From assembly GCF_902652985.1 (NCBI RefSeq), contig NC_047023.1:19158001-19222000 (forward strand): a stretch of DNA of 64,000 nt, written 5' to 3'. Below, one piece after another: positions 42,876 through 57,187 of this stretch. Position 1 is the stretch's first letter. Every line of letters begins with the position of its first letter. Both the position numbers and the translations under genes were made by a program. This stretch comes from Pecten maximus. Taxonomy: Eukaryota. Under the pieces are notes generated by a model. The model searched no databases. It worked only from the letters and a program-made list of their open reading frames with translations, and was not told where the DNA came from.

Positions 42876-43599
42876 AGCTGTCTTTGGATTTCATGATCAT
42901 TGAAATAAACGAAGATAATTCCTTCACATTTAATGATTCAGTGATATTTATAGTATTTACTAGCAGAACTATCAAGGTAAAAAAATCAAGAAAATTCTAT
43001 AAATGTAGAACACATTTAATCATTAGTCTCTCTCTTTACAATCATACCTGTATGTCAGCTATAAAAAGAAAACTCTGATTTATATATTGATTACATAACA
43101 TGGGCTTAACAAAACAAAATTATGCTCATGGTACAAGTGCCGGAAACTGTAAGTGGTGGGAAAGGATATGGTGTGACTTGATGATCCGTTTGTGACTGTG
43201 TACTGCCTATCGGGTTCGTAAAACTCTCAGGATCAATGAAAAACGCTGTTTTGTTCTTTGATCTGGAAACAGAAGTGTAATATTAACAACTACTTCATGT
43301 CATCGGCCATCTCTCTGTAGCTATCTCCTATTACTGTGATCATTTCTATGAAAATCAGAAAACTTCAGGATGATCATTTGTAAGTTACATGTTATTGAGG
43401 GATGAATGCACTATAAAACAATCAAACTGTAACATTTATTACCTCTAAATAACACATTTCAACTGTCATTCCTAATTCAAGTACATGTAATTTGTTGTAT
43501 AATTATAGAGTACCAAGTCAGGTCAAAGGGCCACCTCCCTCTATCCTCTCTATTTCTTGCCTTCAAATAGAAGAATAAAATTACCTTTTCAAAGTAAAA

Positions 43600-44350
43600 T
43601 AAATGCTGATTGACTGTTTTTGAACTAAGATGCTGCTTGACTACATGTTTCAAAGTTAAATGCTATTTGGCTGTTTTGAAGCTATTTATGCTGTTTGACT
43701 GTTTTGGAAATTCAATGCTGTTTGACTGTTTTGGAAATTCAATGCTGTTTGACTGTTTTGGAAATTCAATGCTGTTTGACTGTTTTTGGAAGCTAAATGC
43801 TGTTTGACTCTTTTGGAAGCTAATTAAGCTAAATGTTGTTGGACTGTTTTGGAAGCTAAATGCTGTTTGAATATTTTGGAAGCTAAATGCTGTTTGATGT
43901 TTTTGGAAGATAATTAGATACTGTTGGACTCTTTTGGAAGCCTATTTGACTGTTTTGGAAGCTATTTATTCTGTTTGACTGTTTTGGAAGCTAATTAAGC
44001 TAAATGCTGCTTGACTGTTTTGGAAGCTTATTAAATCCTGTTGGACTGTTTTGGCAGCTAAATGTTGTTTGACTGTTTGGAAGCTATTATGCTGTTTGTC
44101 TGTTTTGGAAGCTAAATGCTGTTTGACTGTTTTGGAAGCTAAATGCTGTTTGAATATTTTGGAAGCTAAATGCTGTTTAATTTTTTTGGAAGCTAATTAA
44201 ATACTGTTGGACTCTTTTGGAAGCTGAATGCTGTTTGACTGACATGTTTTCAATGTTGTATACTTTTTGTCTGTTTTGGAAGCTAAATGCTGGTGGACTG
44301 TTTTGGAAGCTAATTAAATTTATGTTGGACTAAATTTGATGTTTTGGACC
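43600..44350. repeat. ~27-bp minisatellite (tgctgtttgactgttttggaagctaaa)
   Basis: About 25 variably diverged units. Confidence 0.93.
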
Positions 44351-46334
44351 CTGCATCATAAAGGTTATTATTTCCTGCGGTAGATATACCCTAACTCATT
44401 TGTAACCATTCTTACTGTGTGATATTCATACATATAAATATAGATATTATACAAGAACACTATAACATTTAATAATGATTTTGTAGAAAGGTCACAAAGA
44501 CAATACACTTTTAATCTGTTTTATTAAACTTGGGCAATACTGTTAATCTATGTCTCTTTATCTTCACATCTTTTGTTCTGATAAAAATATCTCTTATTTT
44601 TATCGAGATGGTACCTGGCCTTGAACTATTTTGGAGTTCTTTGACAGGAATCAAACCAGGTTCTCCTACTCATGATAATAGGATAATGCATGACTCCTTA
44701 ATTAGGCTGATAAGCCAAAGAGCATGCTTTCGTTGTCAGCTATTTAGTGACAGAGATTGCACTTATTTTTGTTTAAACATTTGCGTAAACTGTTTTTTAG
44801 AATAAACATATTTTTCTTCTTGTTATTTCCCAAAATATTGACAGGTCTACACAGAAGATTTGAAGAATATTCGCAATCACTATTAACTTAAATGTTAATG
44901 GATGATCATTGATTGAAATACTAAAATGTTGATAATGATACGAAAAGATCCAGCTATCTTGGTCGCAGTGTTTCTGACTGATACGTATTGTATAATTAGT
45001 AAACCTGTCGTTTTGGGTATTGTTTTACAGTGATTTAAATATAAAGTTCTTTCTGTCTCTTGTCACTGTCACATTTACAATGTCTACTTAATCTGTGTCG
45101 TTTTGTCCATCGATCTTCCTGGAGTTGTCAGTCAATCCTTTACATATCAAAGTAATTAATGGAAAAAGTATTTAGACTAAAATGATGAAGATGTCTCTGT
45201 TGAAATGGGCAAAAATAGAATCCAGGTGGAAATTTAATTGTTATGTTCTACTTTGTAATGTTCAAACTGTATCAATAATGGATTAGCTTAGGCTCCGAAC
45301 AATCGGACAAACAGGAAGTACTAAGACTCTGTGAAGGTCATCTACCAAAAGGTAATGCATTGCCAGTCACTTATTTAAGAGCAATTTTACCATGTAAGTT
45401 GCAAGTGTAAGTTTTTCTGAACAATTTCAACATATTGATTTGGAACTACTGTAGGTGAAATGTGAGATGTCGGCCCAGAATGACCTGTGGATGTCTGACA
45501 TAGTTCCGCCGATATCGTCACTGTCATGGTTAACTTAAAATGAGGATATATTAGCTGGCTCATGCAGAGCTTGCGTGAGTAGTTACAGAACGTTCACCAG
45601 TAAATTAGCTTGGTATAGAGAAGCATACATTACTATCATGAATCTTTAATGAAGGAGTGCTATAATCTGACTTTGACAAAATATTGATCAAACAGAATCT
45701 CAAAACATTGTTTGTTTTATCAATATTGACTGTCATTCTTTTATTTGTCAGGTCTGGCTCAGATGCAAACGCCATCCCGACACAGAGTGATGCACTCTTT
45801 TCAATTACGCTGTTTTAATTAATTTTTGTGATGTTTCCATAGATAGATATAAATATTGATTTAAAACTGAAAATGATAAAATATTTTGCTTTAAAATGTA
45901 ATCATAGAGACTGAAAACACTCAATTTTAAAAGTACAACAAAAATTAAGAAACATTTTTTTTGTAGCTGTTTGGAAAATTTATTACCTTCAAACATACAA
46001 CGAGGGGTGAACTAATTATTTCACACTGGTACTGCTAATAAGCTACTGCTATATAAGCAAATTGAAGCTTAAGTTAATGTTTTTGAGTAAAACACAGAGG
46101 ATGAAATGTAATATGATATACTGCTGAACTGTATGTACATGGTATAGTAAAAGTTTTTGTATAGCCAGACAGGAGTGATTAGATGTGCTTATACATTAAC
46201 ACTCTTTTCTAATATATTAAATAAAGGCCTAATAGCATAGAAGTTAAACACATACATGTATTACAAACTTTTTATATGTACTGGACTTACTGTTTACTTT
46301 GAATATCTATTGATACTCACTGCATGGTTCTTTG

Positions 46335-46655
46335 CTTTGTTCGGTGTTTGTGGGTTTATCTCCCAGGGGAACAGCCAGGGTAATTTTGAAGCAGTGTCTG
46401 ATTGTAGTAGCTGGTGGCTACTTCACTGAAGATCAAATTTAAGGCCCATCAGATGCCATCCAGAGCAATCAGAGTGAATAACATAGTCCTGTCTTGCCCA
46501 TGAATGCACAACCACAACAGAACAGACTGATCCATTGTACATCTTCCTCCGTTAACACAAACTGACACAGGTAGGGAGCTTCAAACCAATTGCAACTCGG
46601 ATCATCACCTGGGGATACGTAGGCTGATGCTTTATCCAACTCATTTCGAGCACAG
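46335..46655 (-). mobile_element. SINE family A, diverged copy
   Basis: Reverse complement shares caggtgatgatccgag, gaagctccctacctgtgtcagtttgtg, tcagtgaagtagccaccagctactaca and accctggctgttc...gataaaccc with 27792-28068. Confidence 0.78.
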
Positions 46656-46775
46656 CCCACTTGCTTGGACAGTCCGAGGAATGAGGGATTTGTTAGTGGA
46701 ACTTCTTTAGGACATTAAAGTAGATATATAAATCTGGTATGAGAATCATGCAGAAGTATTAAACTATGTGTTTGC

Positions 46776-46831
46776 TGTTTACTTGCCAACTGTTTACTTG
46801 CCAACTGTTTACTTGCCAACTGTTTACTTGC
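46776..46831. repeat. 15-bp tandem (ctgtttacttgccaa), ~3.5 copies
   Basis: Direct periodicity. Confidence 0.9.
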
Positions 46832-47811
46832 AAATATCTGCTTTAACTTGGTGTTGCTTACCTGTCCAAGCAAGAAAGGACATTGTGTTCTGTCTCCTCT
46901 TCTCTTCTGACTCCTGACCAAGATATATTTACTAATATCCCAAGAAATTAGTATTGCTGTGATCTTCTTTACATGCAGAACGATAAGCTCTTACGCTTTT
47001 ACTATACCTCCTACTTAAGAAGTACCCAGATAATTCTTACATCTTTATAGCATAACCTAACCCTCACACATACATGTACATATATATGATATATTAAATC
47101 GAGCCTGAGGATGAGGATTTTGTGGTGATGTAGCTAGGTTATATCTTCATATCCTTCCTTTGGGGGCGTAATTGCTGAAATAAACAACTTTTAATAGGGT
47201 TTTTACAGTGAATATTGATAGTATTTTGCTTTCCTTGGTTTGTATAAAGTTTTCATCACCATAAGATTTTTAGCGATTTTGTTGTCAAATATCATACCAG
47301 TACCTTAGAATCTACTGACATACGTACGTGCCAGTGGTTAATAAATGTTCATCCGTTTTAGTTGGAGTAGGTTGTTGGTTGATTCCCGCACTTCAGGTAT
47401 CTCGCGTATTTTATGAGGGACTCTGCTTTTTTCCTTATTTTGTTGGGAATATCCATGGAAAAGATATGGACAAAATATGGAAAATGGATTTTGCATTTTT
47501 ATGAGAATATATGGAAAAAATGTGGAGAAAATGTGGAGAAAAAGTGGAAAAACTGACTCGTTCAAATTCCTTGTGGAACGTAATTGGACTCAGTAAAATT
47601 TACTAGAATCAAAATACAGAGTCAGGAGTTAGAATATTGGCTATTGTCTTCCTTAAATGGGTTTGGGTCATTATGGAGGAAATTGGTTGTACTTGGTTAG
47701 GGTCTGTGTGAACATGCTCCCTGCATGATCCTACCATTTACATGATACTTAGCATTGTTCAAATTAAACCAAGCCCCTATAAACTATGAACATATAGAAC
47801 ATTCACCTTGA

Positions 47812-48785
47812 ACCTGTAATAAACCAGACTCTGTACAAACCAGACCCTGTATAAACCAGACCCTGCATAAACCAGACCCTGTATAAACCAGACCCTGTAT
47901 AAACCAGACCCTAAACCAGACACTGTATAAACCAGACACTGTATAAACCAGACCCTGTATAAACCAGACCCTAAACCAGACACTGTATAAACCAGACACT
48001 GTATAAACCAGACCCTGTATAAACCAGACACCTGTATAAACCAGACCCTGTATAAACCAGACCCTGTATAAACCAGACCCTGTATAAACCAGACCCCGTA
48101 TAAACCAGACACCTGTATAAACCAGACCCTGTATAAACCAGACCCTGTATAAACCAGACCCTAAAGCAGACACTGTAATAAATCAGTCCCTGTATAAACC
48201 AGACCCTGCATAAACCAGACCCTGTATAAACCAGACCCTGTATAAACCAGACCCTAAACCAGACACTGTATAAACCGGACACTGTATAAACCAGACCCTG
48301 TATAAACCAGACCCTGTATAAACCAGACCCTGTATAAACCAGACCCTGTATAAACCAGACCCCGTATAAACCAGACCCCGTATAAACCAGACACCTGTAT
48401 AAACCAGACACCTGTATAAACCAGACACCTGTATAAATCAGACCCTGTATAAACCAGACCCTGTATAAACCAGACACCTGTATAAACCAGACCCTGTATA
48501 AACCAGACACCTGTATAAACCAGACCCTGTATAAACCAGACCCTGTATATACCAGACCCTGTATAAACCAGACCCCGTATAAACCAGACCCCGTATAAAT
48601 CAGACCCCGTATAAACCAGACACTGTATAAACCAGACACTGTATAGACCAGACCCTGTATAAACCAGTCACCTGTATAAACCTGATGCCCTGTATAAACC
48701 AGACCCTGTATAAACCAGACCCTGTATAAACCAGACCCTGTATAAACCTGATGCCCTGTATAAAGGAGACCCTGTATAAACCGGA
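47812..48785. repeat. 16-bp minisatellite (tataaaccagaccctg), ~60 copies
   Basis: Period 16 measured at 48301/48317. Confidence 0.97.
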
Positions 48786-49714
48786 AATTTTATAAATCAG
48801 AACCGAGGACAAGCAATACCTTGTATAAACAGCTGGATTCTTTATGTCAAGCAGAACTGATCTAAACAGAATGAGTGTTCACATTTGATCTTTGTACTGA
48901 AATAGAGTCTTCCTGAAATGCAGATGTCAGATTATGGAAAAACCATGCTGGCTAGTACAGTTACTGATTTGGAAATGTATCATTCCTTCCTATTACAGCT
49001 GATTTATCAGGTATAGACACGTCATCAGTGTCCTACTGGTGTGTGTACCTGAATGTATTAATTTAAATAAAACTTGTGCTAATAACAATAGCAAGCATAT
49101 GGTGTTATATCTAATATAAATTACACAACTAATGTTTTATATGAAGAAAAGTGACCTCATTACAACGGTTTATTAAAAATTAAAGAAAATAATGTTGGTA
49201 TGGAGTTAATTAAATCTGTCAGGCGTAGACACTGCGGATTGGAATGCATTCTTCATTATGTAATTAATCTTCCATTTCTGAATTAAAAACTCGTAGTATC
49301 AATATTTTATTTAATATGTACAATGGGAAAGTCTGTTTGTCGGCAGAAAATCAACATATCAAGGTAATAAAATTGTATGTAACCAAGATATTAAAAATTA
49401 ATTGTATAGTTTTGACAACATCAATTTTTTTTTATATTTGAGTTGAATAAGTAGAGTAAACACGGAGAACACCATATTGTAAATTATCAGGGAAAGTTTG
49501 GCATGTGATAAAATCAATATCAGGGGGATGCTAGGTTTTGTGTGATACCAGCTGATTTCCGTGTCACGACCATCTCCCCTGCGACCACATTTGTCCATGA
49601 TCACCAGTTAATGACCCTCGTAGGAATACTTTTTCCGCTTTGCAGATCACATGACCAGTTACGACAACAGGAATACTTTTATCCATTGTACAGATCACGT
49701 ACTACTACCAGATC

Positions 49715-49858
49715 ATACGACCACAGAAATACTCAAATTTTACCACTACCTTATCACACGACCACAGAAATACTCAAATTTTACCACTACCTTATCATAC
49801 GACCACTGATATACATGTACTCAAATTTTACCACTACCTTATCACAAGTCCACAGAAA
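49715..49858. repeat. ~41-bp tandem (cgaccacagaaatactcaaattttaccactaccttatca), ~3 copies
   Basis: Direct periodicity. Confidence 0.8.
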
Positions 49859-50360
49859 CAGGGACTATAGGTTTCCTCCCCGTCTGTCTGTCTGTCTGTC
49901 AGTCCGTACACTCCAGTGAGTTTTCCACACTATAGGTTTCCTCCCGGTCTGTCTGTCTGTCAGTCCGTACACTCCAGTGAGTTTTCCACACTATAGGTTT
50001 CCTCCCCGTCTGTCTGTCTGTCAGTCCGTACACTCCAGTGAGTTTTCCACACTATAGGTTTTCAGTCCGTACACTCCAGTGAGTTTTCCACACTATAGGT
50101 TTTCTCCCCGTCTGTCTGTCAGTCAGTCAGTACACTCCAGTGAGTTTTCCACACTATAGGTTTCCTCCCCGTTTGTCTGTCTGTCAGTCCGTACACTCCA
50201 GTTAGTTTTCCACACTTTTCTCAGTATGAGTAGCTACAGTTCAAGCTTGAGTTTTAGGGTTTTTGGATCAAGGTCAAGGTCACTGTTACTATTTTTAGCA
50301 GGTGCAGGTACGTAGGAGACATATGCATTGCTTTAGCAATTAATACCCAGCATGCTTGTT
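49858..50360 (+). mobile_element. HINE/Helentron-type element whose 5' (gtct)n-containing segment is amplified into ~6 tandem ~61-bp units
   Basis: ctataggtttc recurs at 49865, 49930, 49991, 50052, 50093 and 50154; tcaaggtcaaggtcac motif; 3' palindrome attgctttagcaat and terminal gcatgcttgtt. Confidence 0.7.
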
Positions 50361-52248
50361 CTGTTTGATTTTGTTATAGATTTAAAAGAATGATTTTATT
50401 CCCCATTTTTAATCAAAATCAATCACAGCTAATCATGCAGGGTAATTGTTTTAACGTTACTGTTCATTTTTCATGTTGGAAGTTACGGCGATCGTCATAG
50501 CTTGATGACAAAATATGATGTATTGAAATATGGTATTTATCAGCTTCATCACTTTCGTGCAGACCAGTAAGGCTTGTCCTGATGTTGACGCTAATGTTTG
50601 CTACACAAATAAAATCAATATGATTGATAACAAAGGTAGTAAAATAAATATGAAATGAAGCTCTGCTGACTTTTAGCTGCAATAAAGTAAACATGCATTA
50701 GAGCTCAGAAGACTATAAACATGTGTTGGAACTCAGGAAACTATAAATTGGTATTGTACACTTGTATTTTCTATATTCCAGACCTTTATTAGCTAGCTAT
50801 ACGAAACCAGAAGATAGTTTGCACAATTTGAATTGCTATGAACACAGAGCATTTGATAGACTTGAAGGACCATGTTGTCACAATGGTTTTTCCAGACAGC
50901 TGGGGCTAATGGCCGGAGGAGAACGGTGGTCATCCTGGGCTTCAATCAATGGCTACTGATGTTTTTAAGGGTCAGTGTTCACTGACAGCCTATATACCTC
51001 TTTTAGCATTCCTTTGTGTCCATTGTACAAATCTCATTTGTAGGGCGAGACAAATTTCATTTTCTTTTCTGTTCATTAATGCTTAGTTTGGATCTGATTG
51101 ACTGAAGATTTTATCTATCTCTGTCTTTTGTTCTCGTTTAAGAGGATATATCGCCGCCTTTTTAAGGCCTCTGCAGTTTTCTGGGTATGTTTTGAAGATT
51201 ATTTGATACTGTTTAACAGGAAGGTTTTTTGCACATTTTATTGCTTGAACAAGACATTAATGTTGAATTAGCAGAAAAGTATTATAGCCAAGCATTTAAT
51301 AGCACATTTGATGTTCCAAGTTCAAATTCCTGTGTCTTCATTGTGGTGTTCCACTCCCCAGCTATAAATTACGATCATGCATTTAACTATCATCCTCTTC
51401 TAAGGTTTCTCCTCATTATTATTGACTTTAGGCTGAAGATTCATAAATGTTTCCTAAACTTAAGAAATGTCCTTAAATTAAAATTTTCTATAGGAAAAAA
51501 TTACAGAATTTCAGGAAAAATTAGTCTTAGTTAAAGAACCTTCATTAAATTCTGCAATGCTTTCTGTGGAAAAAATTTAAGTTAGGAATAGTGATGAAAC
51601 TGCAGGCACCATGTTAGATTTATCCAGTGCTGTCTGTAGTCTTCTTGTTAACCTCCAGCTTTAGGAATATTACATACAATGAATAAAATTAAAGTAATCG
51701 AACCTCTTGGTGATTTCACAGTGTCAGTCTACTTCTGTCTCGAATGTAGAGTTAAGTGTATGTCAGTAATGAATTCACAGATTAGTGAAACTTGATTTGA
51801 AACCAATTTTCCAGATTGGTGTTAAGTTACAATTCTACAATATATAGGTCATCTATGTCATAAATATACATGATCATGTCAAAGCTTAAGACACTGAAGA
51901 CCTATGGTAGTTTTTTCCAAAATGATTCAATGTCCGAATTTTTTGAAACCTTTCTGCATGATGTGCCAATATTATTTCACTTTAATCCCAAAATATATAG
52001 GTTTCTATTTCCATGTGGAACTCTTTTGAAGAGGTAATAGCAAATTAACAGTGGGCTGTATCTAATACATTGCTATTAAAGTCCATGTTTTTTCCTTTCT
52101 GATTTTGATGTCGGAGTTTATAAAGTAACATACAAGAATGTCCTATATTTAAATGTACCATATTGATCTACTGTACATATGTGGCAGGTTTTGATTGAAT
52201 AGTGTTCATAGTGATATAGTTGCCTTCTAGCTTCGCACTACGAGGAAT

Positions 52249-52318
52249 TTCCCTTTAGCTTAGTCGGTAGAGCGGCGGACCAGTAAGCCAAGGGTTGCTG
52301 GTTCAATCCCTGGTGGAT
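52249..52318 (+). pseudogene. tRNA-like sequence (Thr-AGT-like pseudogene or SINE head)
   Basis: tagcttagtcggtagagc D-arm/A box, cAGTaa loop, ggttcaatccc B box; the acceptor stem pairs poorly. Confidence 0.6.
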
Positions 52319-54036
52319 CGATATCAAGGGACACTACTCTCGTTCCTGTTACTCATATACTGTAGGGACTATAAATGACAATAAACATACAAATGTATGA
52401 TGTATCTTGAACCTAATAAAAATAAATGCAGATTCTCATTTCATGAATTAAAAAACGAGTGCTGAAATGATGTTTTAATTTTCTTTCTCATTTTCAAAAA
52501 GTAGGAATGCTGAAGTTGACATATAATAAAATTGGTGTGACCTTTAATATATCCCCGCATTTTAATAAAAATCCAATTAATGACCGACTAAAATTAATAT
52601 CTCCACAACATGATAAATATTACCTGTTCGCGTTATTGATATCTAAGGTATTTGTAATAATGGTTCACAGAGTGTTATACTTTTTGTTCCAGTGCACGGC
52701 ACTACCCGACCCGAGTTCTTATTATTATATATAAAGATTGTCACCATAGAAACAGCTTTGATGTAAACATCATTGGTGACGTATATGTCTATGAGCATAA
52801 CATATAGACAGATATTCACTAATAACACTTCCTCATGCGATATTGGAATAAAACTGATGAAGAGTGTAAAACTTTGATGTATCAATCTGTTAATCTTTGT
52901 GTGTGTATACTCGTAAATAAAATATAAGTACAATGGTATTGGCTCCATTGTCAGGTACAATATTATATACAAGTGAGGAATCAATGTCTGTCACGGAGTG
53001 ACAGGATGTTGTGTCGGTTATTATAGTAGGTCTCCTCCGGCAACTCAGGCTTGGTAGGACACGGACAAAGAGAGCTCGGAAAACGTCGCCTGGCTACAGG
53101 AAACTCGCTGACCCACTAAATCCTCGCTATGAGGTGTGAAATGTATTTGCATGATAGAAAATCAATCTCCATTCATTTCATATATGTTATGAAAATATGA
53201 TCACTAATTTGACGTGAAATTATTTTGAATAAATATAAAAAAAGAAGACATGCTGGTGTACCAACTGAACTCTGTCTCATGAGAATATTCTTCTATCGTC
53301 AACATTAGTATAAGATTAAACAATTGACTAATGTTTATTTCGTTGAATAATTTAATAGATTGAGGTAATAAAGTGTTTTCAAAAGAAAATATCACAATTA
53401 CCGTTATTTTTGAGAGTCAAAATTTTTAATATTTATTTAAGATAAAAGAAATAAATCTTAACGATTTAGGATTTTGCGGATAATTTTTACCCATGTTTTA
53501 TTATTTCACAAATAAAATTTTTGACAATGTGTCAATGGCTTGCGAAATAGCCAAAATATTATTCCCATGAAAATAACCAGTAATAAAAAATTATGGCAGG
53601 TTTTCGACAGATCAGGGTGTGACTTTGAATGCATGCTGTTTGCCTTTGTCCATTGTCAGTTATGAGCTTAAAGTCTATAAAACTATAATTAAAGGACAGC
53701 TATATAGCACTATTTGACCAGTATAAGTACATGTACAAGGTCACAATTTTGACCTTGACCTTCATGTAATGTCTAAGGTGTTAAAACATATTGATTAATA
53801 TATGAGTTAAGCTCCAAAAGGCCATGATATTTGGTCAGAATAAAGCAGGATGGAGATCGAACTCTCAATTATGTTGAAATGAATAAACCTGGCCTTCTAT
53901 TGTGAAAGGATCCAAATACATTAATTAAAATCTTTATCGATTGTGGATATTGAGGAAATTCAGGGTTGTGCTATTCAACCTGTAGATAGTCATACCATTG
54001 ATCTTCATTCATGCAGAGGAATGAAAGTAAAAATTG

Positions 54037-54239
54037 GTTTGGTTCATTTTTTTTAATGTCCTATTAACAGCCAGGGTCATTTAAGGACGTGCCAGGTTTT
54101 GGAGGTGGAGGAAAGCTGGAGTACCCGGAGAAAAACCACTGACCTATGGTCAGTACCAGGCAACTGCCCCACGTGGGTTTCGACCTCGCTACTGATAAAG
54201 TGTCAGGACATCTTAACCACTCGGCCACTGCAGCCCCAT
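54037..54239 (-). mobile_element. SINE family B with TSD
   Basis: Reverse complement of the family B consensus; taaaaattg duplicated at 54028-54036 and 54240-54248. Confidence 0.9.
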
Positions 54240-55352
54240 TAAAAATTGAAAACAATACAAGCACGTCTTTTTATGAATCATGATGGCCTTATAAAATACT
54301 GACATTAGGTATAAGGCATTGGTAGCTAAAATGCTTACTTTGGCATGCATGGTTACAACAGTTTTTGCAGGGGACAAATCTGTTTAAACTTTATTTAAGC
54401 AATACAAATTATTTGAGATCTACTTCCGAATATTGTGAATACTCAGTGTAACATGTAGACATTTTCTAATAATGTTGTTTAAAGTACGGCCATGATCAAC
54501 TTTGTGACCTGCCTTAATTAAATGAGTTAAATGTCAATTAGTGTTGAAGCTTAAAACATGTTTATCACTACTCATCAAGAATGGTTTGCTAGATTTCAAT
54601 TAAAATTGTTTCTAGTCACTGGTATAAGGAAATGTTTAATTGAAATGAATGCTTCTAAGGGAAAATGGTCTAAGCAGGGACGATGTGACTGTAATTTTAC
54701 TGCAGTGACTAATCCTCAAGAAATGTTTGAGAAATTTTAATTCAATTTTATATATAATATGATATCATGAAAAAGGAAGGATCACGCATGGTGGTAAAAA
54801 GTGAAACAATAATTCAGGTTTGGATGTATGGATAACCATGACTGTTTAACACAATACAAGGAAGTGGAGGACATGTAATATGACAAAAACTTGGATAACG
54901 AGCGGAGCAAACGAGGTAATGATTAGATAGTTAATTATATAAACTGTCCTGGAAAATAGCCATGATTCTCCTCAGGACTATTAGAACAGACTATACATAA
55001 ACGCTAATGATACTTGAAATATATGTGAAATAGCTATACATTATGTACTTAAAAGAAACTTCTAGAAGAGGCAATATGAGTGTGATAGCTTAAGTGAGAA
55101 ACATTTTTGATGAAAGAGATGTGCTAGCTGTTAACGCCTTGACTTTATATTCAAACAGTAGCTATCAAGGAGCATTCCTTTCCCCAGGAACAAAATCTAG
55201 CTGCAGAGCTTTTTGGATCGTTTCTAAAATCTCCTGTCGTTTGGTTTGTTTGGTAAGGGCAGGATATGTTAGCATTATGGGGTAAATACTTTAGTTGTAG
55301 AGTAAATTAATTTTATTTTAGTTTTGCTTATCAATGACGGTATACAGTATTT

Positions 55353-55595
55353 GGGTGGTGGGGTGGCACAGTGGTAACACACTTGCCTTTAACCTAGGCG
55401 GCCGGGTTCTATTCCCCGATTGTACGTGAGAAGGTATGGGGTCACCTGCCCGACCGTGTGGGTTTTTCCCAGGTACTCTGGTTTCCTCCACAGTAAGACC
55501 CCAGCACGCTTCCATCCGGGCCAACAAGCGTGATTAATATAAGTTAATATAACTTGTTTTGCAATTGCTGTAAAATAGATAAAGTTTACATTTTT
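55353..55595 (+). mobile_element. tRNA-derived SINE, family C (V-SINE-like core, different head and tail) with TSD
   Basis: ggtggcacagtggtaa head, ggtttttcccaggtactctggtttcctccac core; tacagtattt duplicated at 55343-55352 and 55596-55605. Confidence 0.82.
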
Positions 55596-55689
55596 TACAG
55601 TATTTATTTAACATTGTTAATTCTATCTGTACATGCCTGGTAAAGCCTGGTAACAGATGCAAGATTTGGAGAAAGAATATGCCTCCTGT

Positions 55690-56085
55690 ATCTCACTGCA
55701 GGTTGTAAGAGGTGACTAATTGTAGAGCTCCCTGCAATTGGGGGTGGTTTTCCCTTTTTTGTTCTGATCAGAGGTCATTGGAGAGCCCAAAAATAAGGCC
55801 CACTGTATCACAATCGTCCTTTATTGTAGATGCTAGGCAACTAACATGGGCTCCCTGAAGAATTGTGGATTTTCTTCTGTGTATTCTATTTGGGGGCATT
55901 TAAGAGAACGAAATAAATCTGCTAACCCCATTGTAACACTTTGGTTCTGAAATCTTTCTTTCTTTTCTCACTACTTTGTCTTTCTGTGCTTTATTTTCCT
56001 CTCTAGGTGTCTATCTCCTTGACACCTGTCCTCATCATATGACCTGGCTGTTGTGAGGACCTTTATATAAACCCGTAAAAACAAA
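55690..56085 (+). mobile_element. Decayed SINE with Meta-domain-like motif
   Basis: ggttgtaagaggtgactaa resembles the Meta-domain core, and the tail atgacctggctgttgtgaggac resembles the other SINE tails here. Confidence 0.45.
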
Positions 56086-56098
56086 CATGGTAAACCAT

Positions 56099-56316
56099 TT
56101 GTTTGTTTGTTTTGTTTAATGTCCTATTAACAGCCAGGGTCATTTAAGGACATGCCAGGTTTGGAGGTGGACGAAAGCCTGAGTACCCGGAGAAAAACCA
56201 CCGGCCTACGGTCAGTACCTGGCAACTGCCCCACGTAGGTTTCCAGCCCACAACCAAGAGGTGAAGGGCTAGTGATAAATTTTCGGGACACCTTAACCAC
56301 TTGGCCACCGCAGCCC
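56099..56316 (-). mobile_element. SINE family B with TSD
   Basis: Reverse complement of family B; catggtaaRccat duplicated at 56086-56098 and 56317-56329 with one mismatch. Confidence 0.9.
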
Positions 56317-57187
56317 CATGGTAAGCCATACTATATGCACAGTGACTATGCATACATGCTGCACACACTGCATGTACATAGATCGTGTTTTATGTGATTG
56401 GTGTCTGGCAGACATACAACTGGATGTGTGACAGAGTCGACAGCTGGTCTGTCTGAATAAAAGTGATTGTGTCCCGCCAGTATATCGACACTGTAGATAT
56501 AAATTTACCCTTGAATTATTTATACGAGGAAAATATCTGGAGTAAATCATTACCACAACATCTAGTCTTGTGAACAAAGTTTTGACATTTCATAGTTAGA
56601 AAAAACAATTTTTCCGATGTCATGAGATTTTGAGGTTGATATTTGCAATGAGACAATTAAATCTAAAAAACTAAGAGGGATAGATCAATGTAAGTCTATA
56701 TCTAATTATTAATTCACTGAACCTATAAACATAAATTTGACAAAAAAAGAAATGCATACAGAATTTAAATTATGCAATCAATAAATTCGGAATGTTTGTA
56801 CAAAATTTGATATCAGTAGAGAGACAAATCTTGACTTTACAATACTGTAAAAAGAAAGTTTGTAATGCTACTTATGTTAATTTTGTACATAATTATATTA
56901 ATTTTGTCCGTATTCACTCCAGAAGGGATACCCAACGCATAGAAAAAGACATTTCAGTACCAGGTGCGGGCACCTCTTACAAAAATTCCTGAACAGATTC
57001 TCTTAAATGCATTGAATTCATTAGGTCATTAATTTGCCCCAAGGGAATGATCGATGTTTAATTCCTCTGTCAATGCTGCTATCAGTTTGCATGGTTAGTT
57101 TGAGGGTTCTGATGGTTTCAGATTTGTCTATCAAGCTCATTCCAAAAATGCTCAACAGCAGACATTACGACTGAAAGGAGGCCGTTA

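Noticed and set aside
37361-48812. Long ORFs at 37361-38008 and 47777-48812
   Set aside because: Products of the 48-bp and 16-bp arrays.
52249-52318. Functional tRNA-Thr gene
   Set aside because: Acceptor and T stems pair poorly; more likely a pseudogene or SINE head.
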